Source of the DNA: Mobula hypostoma
Taxonomy: Eukaryota
Assembly: GCF_963921235.1 (NCBI RefSeq)
Contig: NC_086108.1
Coordinates: 60,886,001-60,950,000, forward strand
Length of the DNA: 64,000 nt
Reading direction: 5' to 3'
Made by a program: the position numbers and the translations under genes. The notes under the pieces are model-generated. The model ran no database searches and was not told the DNA's origin. It worked only from the letters and a program-made list of their open reading frames with translations. Below are positions 62,590 to 64,000 of this stretch, piece after piece (positions within the stretch are counted from its first letter, which is position 1; each line of letters begins with the position of its first letter).

Positions 62590-63806
62590 AGAATATTACC
62601 AGGAAAGTTGATGAAGGCAAGGCAAGAGATGTTGTCTACATGGACTTTAGAAGATATTTGACAAGGTCCCGCATGGAAGGGTGGTCAAAAAGTTTCAGTT
62701 ACTGGCATTCAAAATGAGGTCGTAAATTGGATAAGACATTGGCTTTGTGGGAGAAGCCAGAGAGCGGTAGTAGATGGCTCCCTCTCCGATTGGAAGCCTG
62801 TGAATATTGGTGTGCCGCAGGGATCAGTGCTGGGTCTGTTGTTGTTTGTCATCTATTGCAACAATCTGGATAATAATGTGGTAAACTGGATCAGCGAATC
62901 TGTGGATGACACCAAGATTGGAGGTGTAGTGGACAGCTAGGAAGACCATCAAACCTTGCAGCGGGATATGGACAAGTTGGAAAAAAATGGGCTACAAAAA
63001 TAGCACATGTAATTTAATGCAGACGTGTATGAGCTCATGTACTTTGGGAGGACAAACCAAAATAGGATTTACATGATGAGTGGTAGGGCATTAAGTAGTG
63101 TGGTAGAATAGAAGGGTTTGGGAATACAGGTTCACAATTCCTTGAAAGTTGAGTCACAGGTTGATAAGGTCATAAGGTAAGCTTTTGGCAAATTGGCCTT
63201 CATAAATCAAAGTATTGAGTATAGGAGTTGTGATATTATGTTGAAGTTTTATAAGATGTTGGTGAGGCCTAATTTGGAGTATCTTGTGCCATTTCAGTAA
63301 CCTACATACAATCAGATTGAAAGAGTACAGAGAAAATTTACAAGGATGTTGCTGGGATTGGAGGCCCTGAGTTATCGGGAAAGGTTGAATAGGTTAGAAC
63401 TTTATTCCTTGGAGCGTAGACAATTGAGGAGAGATATGATTTGATAGAGGTATACAAAATTATGAAGGGTATTAATAGTGTAAGTGCAAGCAGGCTTTTT
63501 CCACTGAGGCTGGATGAGGCTAGAACTAGAGGTCATGGGTTAAGGGTGAAAGGCAAAATGTTTAAGGGGAACATGAGGAGGGAGTTCTTCACTCAGGGGG
63601 TGATGAGAGTATGGAACGAGCTGCCAGTGGAGATGTTGGATGTGGGTTCGATTTCAACAGCTATGAGAAGTTTGGATCGGTACACGGACGGGCATGGAGG
63701 GCTCTGGTCGTGTGCAGGTCAATGGAAGTAAGCAGATGAATAATTCAGCGTGGACTAGATGGTTCGAAGGGCCTGTTTTGTGGTGTGGTATTCAATGTCT
63801 CTATAG
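62590..63806 (+). mobile_element. Degenerate CR1 LINE (RT to 3' tail)
   Basis: VVYMDF, GVPQGSVLG, MIEVYKIMKG...FFTQGVMRVWNELP. Confidence 0.88.
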
Positions 63807-64000
63807 TCCTAAACTAGTCTGTAACTTTTATTGCGAGTGCTTTCAGTTCAGTTGAACTTTGTCAAGAATAAAAGTTGGTGCAAAACAAGAGTTTTTTTAG
63901 TTTTAACCAAAAATACCCCATAGTGTCAAACACAAAAACTAGAAAAATAAATACTGAACTGAACAAAAAATAATTGAAAACTGAAAAAAATTAAAAGCGC

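Noticed and set aside
58506..64000. First coding exon and promoter of the FYB2-like gene
   Set aside because: No convincing ATG plus phase-0 donor found; probably beyond the window

Overview
Vertebrate genomic DNA, about 40% GC and very repeat-dense. The repeat families (CR1 LINEs with TAGAAACA-type tails, a V-SINE/HE1-like SINE, Penelope elements, Rex1/Babar) point to a cartilaginous fish, probably a ray or skate; this is an inference. The main feature is a multi-exon minus-strand gene of the FYB/ADAP adaptor family, most like FYB2 (ARAP/C1orf168). I assembled it by hand from 17 coding exons between 58505 and 9476. All phases are compatible (2358 nt, 785 aa plus stop). It encodes a proline-rich region, two helically extended SH3 (hSH3) domains and YDDV/YDDV/YEDI motifs. 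The model needs one GC-AG intron and several micro-exons, and the short first coding exon was not found in the window. Most of these exons are absent from the supplied ORF track. Positions 1-2060 look like the 3' UTR of a convergent plus-strand gene. The rest is nested transposon debris: CR1, L1, Rex1/Babar, Nimb/I-like, Gypsy, solo LTRs, Tc1, hAT-Charlie, MITEs, SINEs and Penelope, several with readable target-site duplications (TSDs). The most notable non-coding signal is a set of fold-back Penelope-derived elements carrying minimal hammerhead-ribozyme cores inside FYB2 introns. Hammerheads in Penelope elements are already known, so I do not claim a wholly new system. No prokaryotic features or CRISPR arrays were seen.
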